64,000 bases of DNA from positions 52,910-116,909 of the forward strand of contig CAZAXL010000001.1 of assembly GCA_964489145.1 (NCBI GenBank), read 5' to 3'. Every line of letters starts with the position of its first letter. Position 1 is the stretch's first letter. Shown one piece after another: positions 46,523 through 56,889 of the stretch. The notes beneath the pieces were generated by a model, which saw nothing but the letters and a program-made list of their open reading frames with translations, ran no database searches and was not told the DNA's origin. This DNA is from an uncultured Gammaproteobacteria bacterium. Lineage in GTDB: Bacteria > Patescibacteriota > Microgenomatia > UBA8517. Made by a program: the position numbers and the translations under genes.

Positions 46523-47677
46523 TCAAAGAAGATTTACATTCTTTTCTTCTTTAAGTTGTTCCACAACTTTTTTGACGGATTGCGCGTGACTCTTGGAGCA
46601 AACCAAAAGCGCGTCTTTTGTATCAACCACTACGATGTTATCAAGGCCTACTACGGCAATCATTCTACCGTCGGAGTGTACCAGGGCATCGGTCGTGTCG
46701 ATGGTTAACACTTCTCCGCCGGGTTCATCCCCTGAAATTATTACATTGCTTTTATTGTCTTTTTTGGAATTCGCCCAAACTTCTCTCCAATCCCCTATAT
46801 CCGTCCAAAAAAAGTCGCCGGCGACAGCCAGGAAGTTCTTTTCCCTCTCGCTTATCGCATAATCAACGGATATCGCAGGCATTTTTTTATACTCGGATGC
46901 CATGACTCTTGCTTCATCGGCTTTGCCTATATGCGGCTTGATATCCTGAAGATTCTTATAGATTCCCGGCTGATGTTTTTTAAAAGAATTCAAAAGATCA
47001 TCCGCTCTCCACACGTATTGGCCCGCATTCCAAAGATATTTTCCGGATGCCGTATACTCCTTGGCCAGTTCAATGGGGGGCTTTTCGACAAATCCGTCCA
47101 GTTTATAAAAATCCACGTTTCCCTTTACCCTAACCTTATCTCCTTTTTTGATGTGTCCCAGACCCGTATGGGGATATCTTGGTTCAACCCCCATAGCAAT
47201 AAGCACATGCTTTTCATAAGCTTCTTTTGCTGCCCGGACTAAAGTTTCCAAATATCTTGAAATCGGCTTGACCACCCTGTCTGCCGCCTCGGTCATAATA
47301 ACCGCGTCGGGATCTTTTGATTCAATAAAGAGGGCGCCAAGTGCATGAGCCGGCCCTGTTTCGCGCCTGACCGGTTCGACAATAACATTTTCGGGGTGAA
47401 GCCTTGGATTTTCCCTGAGAACTTCTTTCTTATATTCCGGTGAAACTGTGACAATAAAGATTTTCTCCCAGGGAAGAATTTCAGCAAAACGTTTTACAGC
47501 AACCTGGGTTAAGGTTTGGTTATCAAAAAGTTTTAAAAATTGTTTTGGGGTTTTCTGTCTGGACCTGGGCCAAAGTCTTGTTCCACCACCGCCCGCTAAA
47601 ATCAATGCATAAAGATGATCTTTGTAGTTGCCGTTTTCCACTTTTTGTATTTTAGACAAAAATCCGAAAACTTTCAT
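46523..47677 (-). CDS. manC: Mannose-1-phosphate guanylyltransferase (GDP-mannose pyrophosphorylase)
   Basis: ALILAGGGGTRLWPRSRQKTPKQFL nucleotidyltransferase motif and left-handed helix C-terminal part. No PMI cupin domain. Confidence 0.8.
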   Translation of the reverse strand: MKVFGFLSKIQKVENGNYKDHLYALILAGGGGTRLWPRSRQKTPKQFLKLFDNQTLTQVAVKRFAEILPWEKIFIVTVSPEYKKEVLRENPRLHPENVIVEPVRRETGPAHALGALFIESKDPDAVIMTEAADRVVKPISRYLETLVRAAKEAYEKHVLIAMGVEPRYPHTGLGHIKKGDKVRVKGNVDFYKLDGFVEKPPIELAKEYTASGKYLWNAGQYVWRADDLLNSFKKHQPGIYKNLQDIKPHIGKADEARVMASEYKKMPAISVDYAISEREKNFLAVAGDFFWTDIGDWREVWANSKKDNKSNVIISGDEPGGEVLTIDTTDALVHSDGRMIAVVGLDNIVVVDTKDALLVCSKSHAQSVKKVVEQLKEEKNVNLL

Positions 47678-47683
47678 TAGCTA

Positions 47684-48805
47684 TTAGTTTAACATCTTTT
47701 TAGTTAAGTCAAGAAACTCTTTTTTAAATCTAGCTTTTGAAAACTTCCGGGCATTTTCGGTAAGTCGTTTTTTATCAAACTTCATTTTTTCAAATTTTCT
47801 GACTGCCCCAATTAGCATTTCGGGATTTTGTTTATCAAAAAGAATTCCGGTTTTTCCATTGATAACAGTGTCAAGTGATCCTCCTTTTTTATAGGCAATG
47901 ACGGGTACGCCGTAACTCTGGGCCTCTACGGCAACTATACCAAAATCTTCTTCCTGGGGCATAATAAGAGCCTTGGCATTTTGATAGTATTTAGCAAGCT
48001 TTGTTTCGGAAACCTCACCGACAAACTTTACATTTTCCTTGGCACTGCGCTTCAACCTCACTCTTTCACTTCCCGTTCCAACAACTATTAATGGGAGCCC
48101 CAATTGATTAAAAGCGGAAACTGCAAGATCAACTTTTTTATAAGGAACCAGTCTGTTTACAACCAAATAATATCCGTGTTTGCCGGCAGTTTTTGACCTG
48201 GGACTTTTAAATTCAACCGGAGGAAATATTACCTCTGAGTCGCGTTTGTAATATTTTCTTATTCTCCTTTTTACTTCGGTCGAAATAGCAATCATTTTGT
48301 CGGGCCGTTTTGCAGCTTTTACCTCCCATGTCTTAAGGTATCCGACAAAAGGTTTTGAGATTACACGAAAAAAAGGAAATATTTTAAAGTAAACCGGAGG
48401 GTTTTTAAAATAATAGTCATTTAAACTCCAGAGATATCTGGTTGGCGTTAAACAATAACAAATATGCAAAGTGCCGGGTTTGGTTTTTATACCCTTAGCA
48501 GCCTCCGACGTAACGCTAACCACCAGATCAAATTTGTCAAAATTAAATGATTCAAAGGCGACAGGCATCAACCAGCCGAAGAGTTCATGCAGTGACTTAA
48601 CAAGAGGAACCTCTTGCAAAAATGATGTCACAACTGCCGGAAAAGCTTTTGCCCAAGAAGCTTTTTTGGAATCATATACGGAAGTATAAAGGGGTGCGTC
48701 GGGAAAAATTTCATGAAGTGCCAGGAGAACGCGTTCAGCGCCTCCCCACTTATTGACCCTGTCGTATACTATCGCAACTTTTTGCGTAGGCTTCCAAAGT
48801 TTCAT
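47684..48805 (-). CDS. Glycosyltransferase family 4 (GT-B, retaining)
   Basis: N-terminal ...NKWGGAERV, C-terminal EDFGIVAVEAQSYGVPVIAYKKGGSLDTV (E-x7-E). Confidence 0.8.
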   Translation of the reverse strand: MKLWKPTQKVAIVYDRVNKWGGAERVLLALHEIFPDAPLYTSVYDSKKASWAKAFPAVVTSFLQEVPLVKSLHELFGWLMPVAFESFNFDKFDLVVSVTSEAAKGIKTKPGTLHICYCLTPTRYLWSLNDYYFKNPPVYFKIFPFFRVISKPFVGYLKTWEVKAAKRPDKMIAISTEVKRRIRKYYKRDSEVIFPPVEFKSPRSKTAGKHGYYLVVNRLVPYKKVDLAVSAFNQLGLPLIVVGTGSERVRLKRSAKENVKFVGEVSETKLAKYYQNAKALIMPQEEDFGIVAVEAQSYGVPVIAYKKGGSLDTVINGKTGILFDKQNPEMLIGAVRKFEKMKFDKKRLTENARKFSKARFKKEFLDLTKKMLN

Positions 48806-49877
48806 TCGCCATTTTAACCCAAGAATATTTATTTACAAATCCAATTGATTCCGAAATCATGTTATTCCGTTCGGATTCCTTTAGGAAAATAGCCTGTTCC
48901 ATTGTTTTTTCAATTGAATTGACGTCAAGTGGATCAAAATATAAAGCGTGTTCGGCATATATTTCTTTAAAAACCTTTATATTTGATGCCAAAAGTAAAG
49001 TTCCGGAGGCCATTGCTTCAAGTCCGGGAAGACCAAATCCTTCAGAGAGAGACGGAAAAACAAATCCTACGGAATTTTTATATAAACTTCCAAGTTTTTC
49101 ATCCGGAACAAATCCAAGGAGTTTTACTAATCCGTTTGCACCCCACTTTTGAACTTGTTTTTCTATTCTTTGGGTAAAAATATTCCTCGATGATGCAATT
49201 GCCAAAAACACCTTTTGGTTACTTTTTGTGTTCAATAGTTTTATGGCCTCGATTAGCCTTGATAAATTCTTGTGGGGATATGCGTTTCCTGTATATACAA
49301 AGTATGGCTTTGACATTTCAACTTCAGATCCCTCGGAGATTTTTCTATCAAATCCTTCATAAGTCACCTTTATTTTATCGGAATCCACTTTGTACTCTTC
49401 CGTCAGTTCATCCCTGACTGCATGGCTTGGCACTAGAATCATTTTTGACTTTTTAACCGCGTTATCGAATACAAATCTATACCCCAGTCTTTTAATAAAA
49501 TAAATCGGTGCGGGGAGTGTTGTCGCCGCAAGCCCCACGCTTTTATGCATCAGCATATCGTGAATCGTCACAATAAATTTACCTCTGAAAAATATGGGTA
49601 CATTAAAATGCGGAAAGTGAGTTATGTCGGGCTTTTCTTTTTTAATAATCCCGGGGATCATGATTTGTTCCGCGAAACTGTAATGCCGATAATCCGCCAA
49701 TATTTTTTTCCAATTATCCGGCAGCTTCAAAGAATCAAAATATTTTTTCCTGAGAAGAATAACATATTCGTTCTTTAAATCCAGCTTCGAAAGTTCGCCT
49801 ACAAGGTTAATTAAATATCTCCCCAAACCTGCATTTTCAAGCCCATAAAGACGGGCATCCAATAATATTTTTATCAT
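48750..49877 (-). CDS. Glycosyltransferase family 1/4 (GT-B)
   Basis: EGFGLPGLEAMASGTLLLASNIKVFKEI E-x7-E motif. The 3' end overlaps the next gene by 56 nt. Confidence 0.8.
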   Translation of the reverse strand: MIKILLDARLYGLENAGLGRYLINLVGELSKLDLKNEYVILLRKKYFDSLKLPDNWKKILADYRHYSFAEQIMIPGIIKKEKPDITHFPHFNVPIFFRGKFIVTIHDMLMHKSVGLAATTLPAPIYFIKRLGYRFVFDNAVKKSKMILVPSHAVRDELTEEYKVDSDKIKVTYEGFDRKISEGSEVEMSKPYFVYTGNAYPHKNLSRLIEAIKLLNTKSNQKVFLAIASSRNIFTQRIEKQVQKWGANGLVKLLGFVPDEKLGSLYKNSVGFVFPSLSEGFGLPGLEAMASGTLLLASNIKVFKEIYAEHALYFDPLDVNSIEKTMEQAIFLKESERNNMISESIGFVNKYSWVKMANETLEAYAKSCDSIRQGQ

Positions 49878-49884
49878 AAATTTT

Positions 49885-50766
49885 TTAGTATGAGGATAAT
49901 AGGACCACCTTGATATACCTAATTACTTTAAATACTTTTATCCCGAAAACAACAAAATAATCGAAAACCAGTGGATATTTTTTCCACAAATTCTTTCTGA
50001 AAAACCTTTCCATGGAAGTAACCCCTGCCAAACGGATTTTTTTACGCTGTTTGGGACTGACTTTATGTTTCCACTCCGAAACTTTGCCTTTGGTAACGCC
50101 TTTAAGATGAGTTACTGTTACCTCCGGATAATAAAAAATTTTGTAGCCGGCTTTGTGTATTTGGTAGCAAAGGTCAATGTCCTCCCCATCAAAAAAATAT
50201 TTTTCGTCAAACCAACCCACTTCATCCAACACCTTTTTCCGGGTCAAAAAGAAAGCACCCTGAATTGCTTCCACTTCATGGGTTATATTTTCGGAAATGT
50301 CTTCATACCAATAAGCCTTGCCGTTACCTAAAATTAAGTGCTGAAAGGCAATTTTAGGAGTAGGAAAACGGCGCCTGGTATCTTTATCCATTTTGCTGTT
50401 CGGAAGTACCAGTTTACAGGTTACCGCGCCAACATCAGGATGCTCTTTTAAAAATCTGACTGTCTCTGCAAAAACATTTTTGTGAACAATTGTGTCGGGA
50501 TTTAAAAAAAGAACCATTTCTCCGGCAACTAATGGCTTGGCACGGTTGTTGCCTTTGGAAAATCCCTCATTTGGTCCTTCGGTATACTTCACCCAGGGAA
50601 ATTTTTTCCGGATCATTTCGGGGCTCCCGTCGGCCGAAGAATTATCAGACACTATCACCTCCAAAGGCACCTCGTTAATGTGCGCCTTGACCGAATTAAG
50701 GCAGTCTTCCAATAGCTCTTTGGTATTGTAATTAAGAATTACTATCGTGAGTAGCGGTTTTTTCAT
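49885..50766 (-). CDS. Glycosyltransferase family 2 (GT-A). Start set at MKKPLLTIVILNYN (ATG 50764-50766); the track ORF extends to 50817.
   Basis: LLTIVILNYNT ... VIVSDNSSADGS (DxD-type) ... NPDTIV. Confidence 0.8.
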   Translation of the reverse strand: MKKPLLTIVILNYNTKELLEDCLNSVKAHINEVPLEVIVSDNSSADGSPEMIRKKFPWVKYTEGPNEGFSKGNNRAKPLVAGEMVLFLNPDTIVHKNVFAETVRFLKEHPDVGAVTCKLVLPNSKMDKDTRRRFPTPKIAFQHLILGNGKAYWYEDISENITHEVEAIQGAFFLTRKKVLDEVGWFDEKYFFDGEDIDLCYQIHKAGYKIFYYPEVTVTHLKGVTKGKVSEWKHKVSPKQRKKIRLAGVTSMERFFRKNLWKKYPLVFDYFVVFGIKVFKVIRYIKVVLLSSY

Positions 50767-51943
50767 ATATTTTGTCCAAATATTCCCCCATTTTATACCA
50801 ACTGAACTTTTGCTCAACCAGTTTTCTGGCGTTTTCCGCTATCTCTTTTGCCAATTTTTCGTCTTCCAGAATCCGTAAAGTCGCATCGGCAATTTCTTTG
50901 GAAGTGTCCCTGATTATTACTTCCCTGCCATCAGCCGCACCAAGGCCCTCAGCGCCCACCGATGTCGTAACCAAAGGCAGCTTTGCAGCCATTGCCGCCA
51001 AATGTTTAAGCCTGGTTCCTCCGGGTCCTCTAAGGGGTGAAACAAAAACTGAGGATTCGTAATAAGCATTTCTTATTCCTTCCTGATCGTCTTCGCTTAA
51101 ATTATCGATAATTATATTTTCAGATTTATATTTTAAAATTTCTTCAGGTATATGCTGACCAACAACCCAAACTTTTGCCTTGAAACTTTTGGCATGTACC
51201 CGCGGAAAAACCTCTTTTAGAAGAAGTTCGGCCGCTTCAACATTTTGCAGCCATTTGAAATTGGCAATAAAAAGAATTTTGGGTTCCGGTGAGCGCCAGC
51301 TATCCTTTTCTTTAAAGAAATCCAGATTTACCCCGTTCGGAACAAGGTTGACCTTAAGATCGGGGACCAATTTCAGCATTTCTTTCCTGTCCGACTCGGA
51401 TACCGCGACTACCCCGTCAGCTTTTTTCCAAAACTTCGTCTCCCAATATTTAAGCTTTGCGACATCAATTGATAAAAGAGAGCGTAATATGGGGTTTTTT
51501 ATCCCTTCCACATAATGTTTATAGACCAAGTACTCTATCGTCTGTTCGACCAAAAGGATCGGAGTCTTGGTTTCGGGAATATGAGGCATAACATAAAATG
51601 TTTCCGCGTGGATTAAGTCGTAATCAACCTGGGCAATTTCTTCCTGAACAGCTTTTGTTTCGTGGGGTGAGAGGTTTCTGATAACCAGGAAGGGGTAAGG
51701 CCCGAAACCGGTTAAAAGAATATTCCTTAAAGTCCATGGGGATTTCGAGCGTTTAAAAACTTTTACTTTTACACAATATTTTTCAAGTTCCGGAATAAAC
51801 TTTCTTTCAGAGTCATCTTTAATTAGGGAAAAAAGGGTGATTTTATGTTTCTTGCTTAAACCCTTAATTAAATTATAAGAACGTATCTGCCCGCCGGACG
51901 AATCCGGAAAGGGTAAGTAGGGGGTCAACATTAATATCTTCAC
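50732..51943 (-). CDS. Glycosyltransferase family 4 (GT-B)
   Basis: GT-B fold with C-terminal GLGAADGREVII... block. 403 aa. Confidence 0.75.
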   Translation of the reverse strand: MKILMLTPYLPFPDSSGGQIRSYNLIKGLSKKHKITLFSLIKDDSERKFIPELEKYCVKVKVFKRSKSPWTLRNILLTGFGPYPFLVIRNLSPHETKAVQEEIAQVDYDLIHAETFYVMPHIPETKTPILLVEQTIEYLVYKHYVEGIKNPILRSLLSIDVAKLKYWETKFWKKADGVVAVSESDRKEMLKLVPDLKVNLVPNGVNLDFFKEKDSWRSPEPKILFIANFKWLQNVEAAELLLKEVFPRVHAKSFKAKVWVVGQHIPEEILKYKSENIIIDNLSEDDQEGIRNAYYESSVFVSPLRGPGGTRLKHLAAMAAKLPLVTTSVGAEGLGAADGREVIIRDTSKEIADATLRILEDEKLAKEIAENARKLVEQKFSWYKMGEYLDKIYEKTATHDSNS

Positions 51944-51945
51944 AG

Positions 51946-53415
51946 TTATTTAATAGGTTTGTTAAGGTCAATAATAATATATTTGTCCGTCTTTTCTACT
52001 GTTTTAAACCTCGCCTCGATCATTTTGGTATCCTTGCTACCCAAATCCACGGATACGTAGTAGTCTGCCCCTTCTTCAATAATATTATCGATCGAGTTAT
52101 CAATTGCCGGCCAACCGAAGCGTTTAGTTTGATACAAGAAGGCTGTGTCGCCGTTGTAGGGTGCAACAATAAGGGCGTCTTTTGGAGTAACTCTGTCAAC
52201 TGCATCTCCCGCCTCCATTATTTCCGGATGGTTGATATTAAAGTTTCCCACTATTTGATTCCAACCGGTTATGAGCATAACCCCAATTGAAATCACAACG
52301 ATAATCCTTGTCAGAATTTTATTAAATATTCTCCCCTCCCAAAGAAAAACTGTTCCGGATGCTACCGCTAGGGCTATAGCCGGAATGGAAAGTATTTGAT
52401 AATAATCGTGCATAACATTGGCATTGGCTACGGCAGCAACATAAAAAAGGGTGCCTCCTAAAAATGCCTGAATAAATAAATTTTTAACCTTTGTATTTAA
52501 AACTCCGAAAGTGAAGGGAATAAGTCCCAAAGAACCCAGAATAAGGTGGCCCAACCTTTCTCCAAAAATCCAGTACCACCAGGAGGGTTTAAATCTAATC
52601 AGGTTTCCGTTAAATGCCCACTCGTAAAAAGGAATTCCTTCGGGAAATTTTGCCTCCCATCCTCTCCAAAGAAGGAAAGGTATAAAAGCAATTGCCAGAT
52701 AGGCAAGAGTTCCCGCAATAACGCGTTTTTCCTTAAAGAAACTTTTAATTCCATATTTTTTAATTGCTAAGTATATTATCGGAAAAAGATAGAATCCCAG
52801 ATAAGGCTTGATAAGAAGAGCCATTGCAAAAAAAACAGAGGAGATAAAAAGTAAAGCTTTTTTGTTGCCGTGAGCAAACTCCAAAAATGCCCAAAGGGAA
52901 ATTACTCCGAACATCACTCCCATCGGGTCAGGCAAAATCACTCTTGTAAAATAAATGTTGTAGGGAATAAACAAATAGAAAAACGCGGAAAGAAGCCCCA
53001 TATAATTCCCCATCAATCTTTTCCCAATAAGATACAGGAAAAATGCGGAGGTGACGGCAATGCTTATATTAATAAGTCTTGCCCAAACCTCAAGAGAAAT
53101 AGGGGTAAAAGATTTAGCCAGGACAACATTTAGGGCATTGTAGAAAGGGAATTCCACCATACGGTAGCCCATGGGGTTATCCATTCCGGTTTGAATGCTT
53201 GAAATGTCATGGTAGCGGGGTAAAAGTAAATTTATCCCGTTTTCAAGGTACACCCGGCTCACGGATGCCGTATCCGCCTGGCGCCAGCTGTGCCAATCAG
53301 CGACTGGATTGTTTATTTTGTAAAGGCGTATCACAAAACCCAAAACAAGCACGATTGATAATAAAATGTACTCAAAATATTTACCTTTTGTAAATTGAAT
53401 AATTTTAGTTCTCAT
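51946..53415 (-). CDS. GT-C fold polyprenyl-phosphate-sugar-dependent glycosyltransferase (PMT/ArnT-like, GT39/GT83-type)
   Basis: 489 aa, about 11 TM. First-loop motif NPVADWHSWRQADTAS typical of the PMT_2/ArnT family, plus a C-terminal ~100-aa soluble domain. Confidence 0.7.
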   Translation of the reverse strand: MRTKIIQFTKGKYFEYILLSIVLVLGFVIRLYKINNPVADWHSWRQADTASVSRVYLENGINLLLPRYHDISSIQTGMDNPMGYRMVEFPFYNALNVVLAKSFTPISLEVWARLINISIAVTSAFFLYLIGKRLMGNYMGLLSAFFYLFIPYNIYFTRVILPDPMGVMFGVISLWAFLEFAHGNKKALLFISSVFFAMALLIKPYLGFYLFPIIYLAIKKYGIKSFFKEKRVIAGTLAYLAIAFIPFLLWRGWEAKFPEGIPFYEWAFNGNLIRFKPSWWYWIFGERLGHLILGSLGLIPFTFGVLNTKVKNLFIQAFLGGTLFYVAAVANANVMHDYYQILSIPAIALAVASGTVFLWEGRIFNKILTRIIVVISIGVMLITGWNQIVGNFNINHPEIMEAGDAVDRVTPKDALIVAPYNGDTAFLYQTKRFGWPAIDNSIDNIIEEGADYYVSVDLGSKDTKMIEARFKTVEKTDKYIIIDLNKPIK

Positions 53416-54820
53416 TTAGTTTACTTTTAATCAGACTTACGGAACTACCCAAAAGCAACCAGAATATTATTGCAAATTTCGACGCTTCAAACAAATCAAT
53501 CAGGAGTGCCGTAACAAAAGTTCCGATAAGTCCGCCTATAATTCCAAATAGATAACTTTTCTCAAAACTGCTTAACCTATCTTTTAATGAAAATGTTTTT
53601 AATAAAACTTTCCCGATTCTTAGAAATATTAACACGAAAGCGGAGAATCCCACGAGACCGATTTCTCCAAGCATTCTTAAATAATCGTTATCCGTTGCCA
53701 GGTCTATTGACGAATAGCCTGTTCCTAAAATTGGATTCTTGGAAAAGGCCCTGATTGCCCTCGGCCATTCAACGTTGTACCTGATTGCAATTGAAACGTC
53801 ATTGATAACTTTTACGGCTGCCGGAGCCGGGGTTGCCTGAATAATCTCGCGCGTTGTCAGCGTAACCTCATCCGCCCTAACAACAAAGCCCGGAACATAA
53901 CTGATGCCTTTTCCGGTTGTAACATACTCGTATAGAACCTTTATTGCCTGCCCAAATCTGGCATCAAGCCCCGAAGACATGGTCATTGAGACGACACTGA
54001 TAAGAATTACTATCAACCAACCTTTAAATTTCTTTAAGAGAAAAAGCGTGACGGTAACCGCCAAAAGATACGAGGCCTGAGCGGTCCTTGAAACTGAACT
54101 TATCAAAAGCCAGAGTCCCATTCCGGAAGAAATTGCTATAAAAAGTTTTGAAAGTTTTTCTTTCAATGTAAAAAGTGCTCCTAAAAATATGGGAAGTACT
54201 AAAACCATAAAGGCCGACAGATCATAATGTCCCGCGAAAGTCGAATTTATGTGTGCTCCGGGACTCCAGCGCAGGGCAATTCCTTTGGAATATTCTTCAT
54301 TTTGTGTGATGATTACGGGAAAATTCAGATATCGCTGCCCCAGGCCATAGACAAAAACGATGACCATAACAATCAATAAAATTTTAAAATAAAATTCCAC
54401 GGTTTCCTTTATTTTGTCGCGCGGAATTAAAAGATAAGTTGCAAGAAAAGGAATAATATACTCAACACGCCTTGCCCAATGCAAAAGCCCCAATCTTAAC
54501 TCTACCGTTTGTGTAATAAGAATCCCGGCAAGAAGCGAAATAAAAGTTACCATAAAAAATATCAGGATTGCACTAAGAATCTTGTCTTTCCAAATCTTTT
54601 TAAAATCCACTACGAACTTGGGGACCAGGACAAGCGCCAGGAAAAACATTAAAACGTCTTCAAGGCGGATCGAAACGTATGTTCCGGGAACACTAATCAG
54701 CGGAAACTTCGGCAGAAGCGGTACTATTATCAGAACCGCGGCAATCAAATATTTAGATATTTTTTCAGAAAGCATTAATAGCTTTTGCATATATTTTAGA
54801 AACATCTCTTTTTCCTGCAA
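53405..54820 (-). CDS. O-antigen ligase/polymerase-like (Wzy_C family) membrane protein
   Basis: 471 aa, about 12 TM, with a large extracytoplasmic loop preceded by ...LLISSVSRTAQASYLLAV... (Wzy_C-like R-containing block). Confidence 0.55.
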   Translation of the reverse strand: MQEKEMFLKYMQKLLMLSEKISKYLIAAVLIIVPLLPKFPLISVPGTYVSIRLEDVLMFFLALVLVPKFVVDFKKIWKDKILSAILIFFMVTFISLLAGILITQTVELRLGLLHWARRVEYIIPFLATYLLIPRDKIKETVEFYFKILLIVMVIVFVYGLGQRYLNFPVIITQNEEYSKGIALRWSPGAHINSTFAGHYDLSAFMVLVLPIFLGALFTLKEKLSKLFIAISSGMGLWLLISSVSRTAQASYLLAVTVTLFLLKKFKGWLIVILISVVSMTMSSGLDARFGQAIKVLYEYVTTGKGISYVPGFVVRADEVTLTTREIIQATPAPAAVKVINDVSIAIRYNVEWPRAIRAFSKNPILGTGYSSIDLATDNDYLRMLGEIGLVGFSAFVLIFLRIGKVLLKTFSLKDRLSSFEKSYLFGIIGGLIGTFVTALLIDLFEASKFAIIFWLLLGSSVSLIKSKLNEN

Positions 54821-55691
54821 TGCCCCAGAGAATTATTCTCAAAAAGACCCCCAATTTAAGGATTGCACGAAGGATGGGAATTTTCCACTTCGGTTCGTGT
54901 TTTTTATACATCAAAACCAGGTTTTTAAGTTCAAAAATCATTGCTTTCTCACTTCCGGAGGTTGCCTGTCCAAAGTGAACTATTTTCCATTCCGGCAAAT
55001 ACCAGATTTCCCACCCTTTTTGGGCAAATCTTGCCGAGAGCTCTACTTCTTCGACATAAAGAAAAAAGTCCTCATCAAAAACACCGACTTCTTTCAAAGC
55101 CTGCCTCCGCATCAAAAAAAATGCCCCGGTTACCCAGTCTTGTTTATGCTCACTTTTGAAAAATTTTTCACCTTTATAAATGGGGGATGCGGAATGAAGC
55201 GGATGATAAGGCTTGATAAGCCTATCCACTCCCGGAATATCGTCCAAGAAAGTCATCCAGGCCAACACCCTGAAAAGAGTCGGATAAAAGCCCCCCGATC
55301 CTTGATAGGAAGTTTCATCCGGATTAAGAAGGGCACAGCTTGAGACGCCGGCCTTGGGGTGGGCATCCATCCAGGCAATCATTTCCCTGAAGATATTTTT
55401 ATCAATAATCCGCGTGTCATCGTTAAGGAGAAGAATATACCTTCCAGTGGCAATCTTTATTCCCATATTGTTGTTTTCCCCAAAACCTCCGTTTTCCTCC
55501 CGCCTCAAAACTTTTACATAAGGAAACTTTTCTCTCACCAGGCTGCCCATTTTATCAGACGATGCGTTGTCGATCAGAATAATTTCACTCTCGACACCTT
55601 CAAGAGCGGGCTTGAGGGTTTTAATGCAGTCGAGGAGATAATCCTTTTTGGACGATACTATGATTATTGATAAATCGAGTGTGTTACTCAT
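54765..55691 (-). CDS. Glycosyltransferase family 2 (GT-A)
   Basis: LSIIIVSSKKDYLLDCIKTL...EIILIDNASSD...LLNDDT. Confidence 0.8.
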   Translation of the reverse strand: MSNTLDLSIIIVSSKKDYLLDCIKTLKPALEGVESEIILIDNASSDKMGSLVREKFPYVKVLRREENGGFGENNNMGIKIATGRYILLLNDDTRIIDKNIFREMIAWMDAHPKAGVSSCALLNPDETSYQGSGGFYPTLFRVLAWMTFLDDIPGVDRLIKPYHPLHSASPIYKGEKFFKSEHKQDWVTGAFFLMRRQALKEVGVFDEDFFLYVEEVELSARFAQKGWEIWYLPEWKIVHFGQATSGSEKAMIFELKNLVLMYKKHEPKWKIPILRAILKLGVFLRIILWGIAGKRDVSKIYAKAINAF

Positions 55692-56229
55692 TCTTTTTTC
55701 TTAATGATTTTTCAAAAGCATTGTAAATTACGGCTATCATCAAGGCTGATGCAATAAATACCGCCTCCCTGACCCAAATACTACTGGGTACGTAGCGTAT
55801 TATTATTTTTTGCTGCCATGGCTTTCCACCTACAAAAAATATAGGCCGGTTGTTATCACTAGGGGGCTTAAAGCCATTAATATATATACTCTCCCTGAAA
55901 GGGTGGGCAAACTCCTGGAGGAAAGTACTCCCCGTCTGGTCCCTTATGATAGTCTGAGCGTTTTCCGGAGGGTAATTAAGAAGGAGTGTCGGAAGTTTAA
56001 TATTCAGAAAGCTCGAACGATCGAACTGCTTTTCATACCAATCCAGCACTTCCGCCCTGGTGTGATTTGTAAAATATCCTCTCCTTAAAGGGGTTTCCAA
56101 ATCTGCAGGCTCTTCTGATTGAATGGAATCAGGTGGAGGTTCAGGAAAAGTGTAATTCGGCAAGGCTAGGTATAAAATTCCGGCTATACAAAAAATAACG
56201 TAGAAGATATTGAGAATTTTTTTAAACAT
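55684..56229 (-). CDS. Hypothetical bitopic membrane protein (181 aa) inside the glycan locus
   Basis: TM segments at both termini and a Pro-rich soluble middle. No motif recognised. Confidence 0.35.
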   Translation of the reverse strand: MFKKILNIFYVIFCIAGILYLALPNYTFPEPPPDSIQSEEPADLETPLRRGYFTNHTRAEVLDWYEKQFDRSSFLNIKLPTLLLNYPPENAQTIIRDQTGSTFLQEFAHPFRESIYINGFKPPSDNNRPIFFVGGKPWQQKIIIRYVPSSIWVREAVFIASALMIAVIYNAFEKSLRKKNE

Positions 56230-56834
56230 TACTGAAATAGTCTTGCCCGACCAAGAATGTAATGAGGATTTCTTTCTCTCCTTTCTCCGATTTTACCTGC
56301 AGGAACTCCGCCGACAATTGTAAACTCGGGAACATCTTTTGTTACAACCGCCCCTGCAGCGATAACGGCTCCCTTTCCGATTTTAACTCCGGGAAGAATG
56401 ATTGCCCTGGGACCAACAAAAACATAATCGCCAATTTCCACAGGCTCAGTTCTGGCTGAAAATTTTTCACTCTCCAAATCGTGTTCGGAGTTATAAATCA
56501 TTACCGATGAGGCAATGTCTACATGGCTGCCGATGGTTAACGCCGCTCTGCCATCCAAGAAAGCGTGATCTCCGACAATGGTGTCTTCGCCGATGGAAAT
56601 ACCGGAAGGGTCAAAAAAGTTGGCCCACATATGAACCGTCGACCCTTTCCCGATTTTCATTCCGGAAAGTTTATAAATTATTTTTCGAAAAGCGTGGGAT
56701 GGAACATGGGAAACCCACCGGAGCGTCATCAACTCAAAATCAAGAATAACATTACTGATCCTATCCAAGATTTTCGATAATGCTTCTTTAGCTGATAACT
56801 GCCTGCCCGTTTTATCTCTAAACATATGTTTCAA
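56229..56834 (-). CDS. Left-handed beta-helix (hexapeptide-repeat) acetyltransferase, probably a sugar O/N-acetyltransferase
   Basis: Hexapeptide repeats IGEDTIVGDHAFLDGRAALTIGSHVDIASSVMIY...VFVGPRAIILPGVKIGKGAVIAAGAVV. Confidence 0.8.
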   Translation of the reverse strand: MKHMFRDKTGRQLSAKEALSKILDRISNVILDFELMTLRWVSHVPSHAFRKIIYKLSGMKIGKGSTVHMWANFFDPSGISIGEDTIVGDHAFLDGRAALTIGSHVDIASSVMIYNSEHDLESEKFSARTEPVEIGDYVFVGPRAIILPGVKIGKGAVIAAGAVVTKDVPEFTIVGGVPAGKIGERRERNPHYILGRARLFQ

Positions 56835-56889
56835 ATTACTAATTCTAAATTTAAAATTGGGATTTTAATTAAAATTTTTAATTTATAAT

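Noticed and set aside
48750-48805. Gene overlaps of 35-56 nt between adjacent GT genes (48750-48805, 50732-50766, 54765-54820) as possible frameshift pseudogenes
   Set aside because: Both partners in each pair have intact conserved N- and C-terminal motifs. The overlaps are more likely due to uncertain start-codon choice or genuine coupling than to gene decay.
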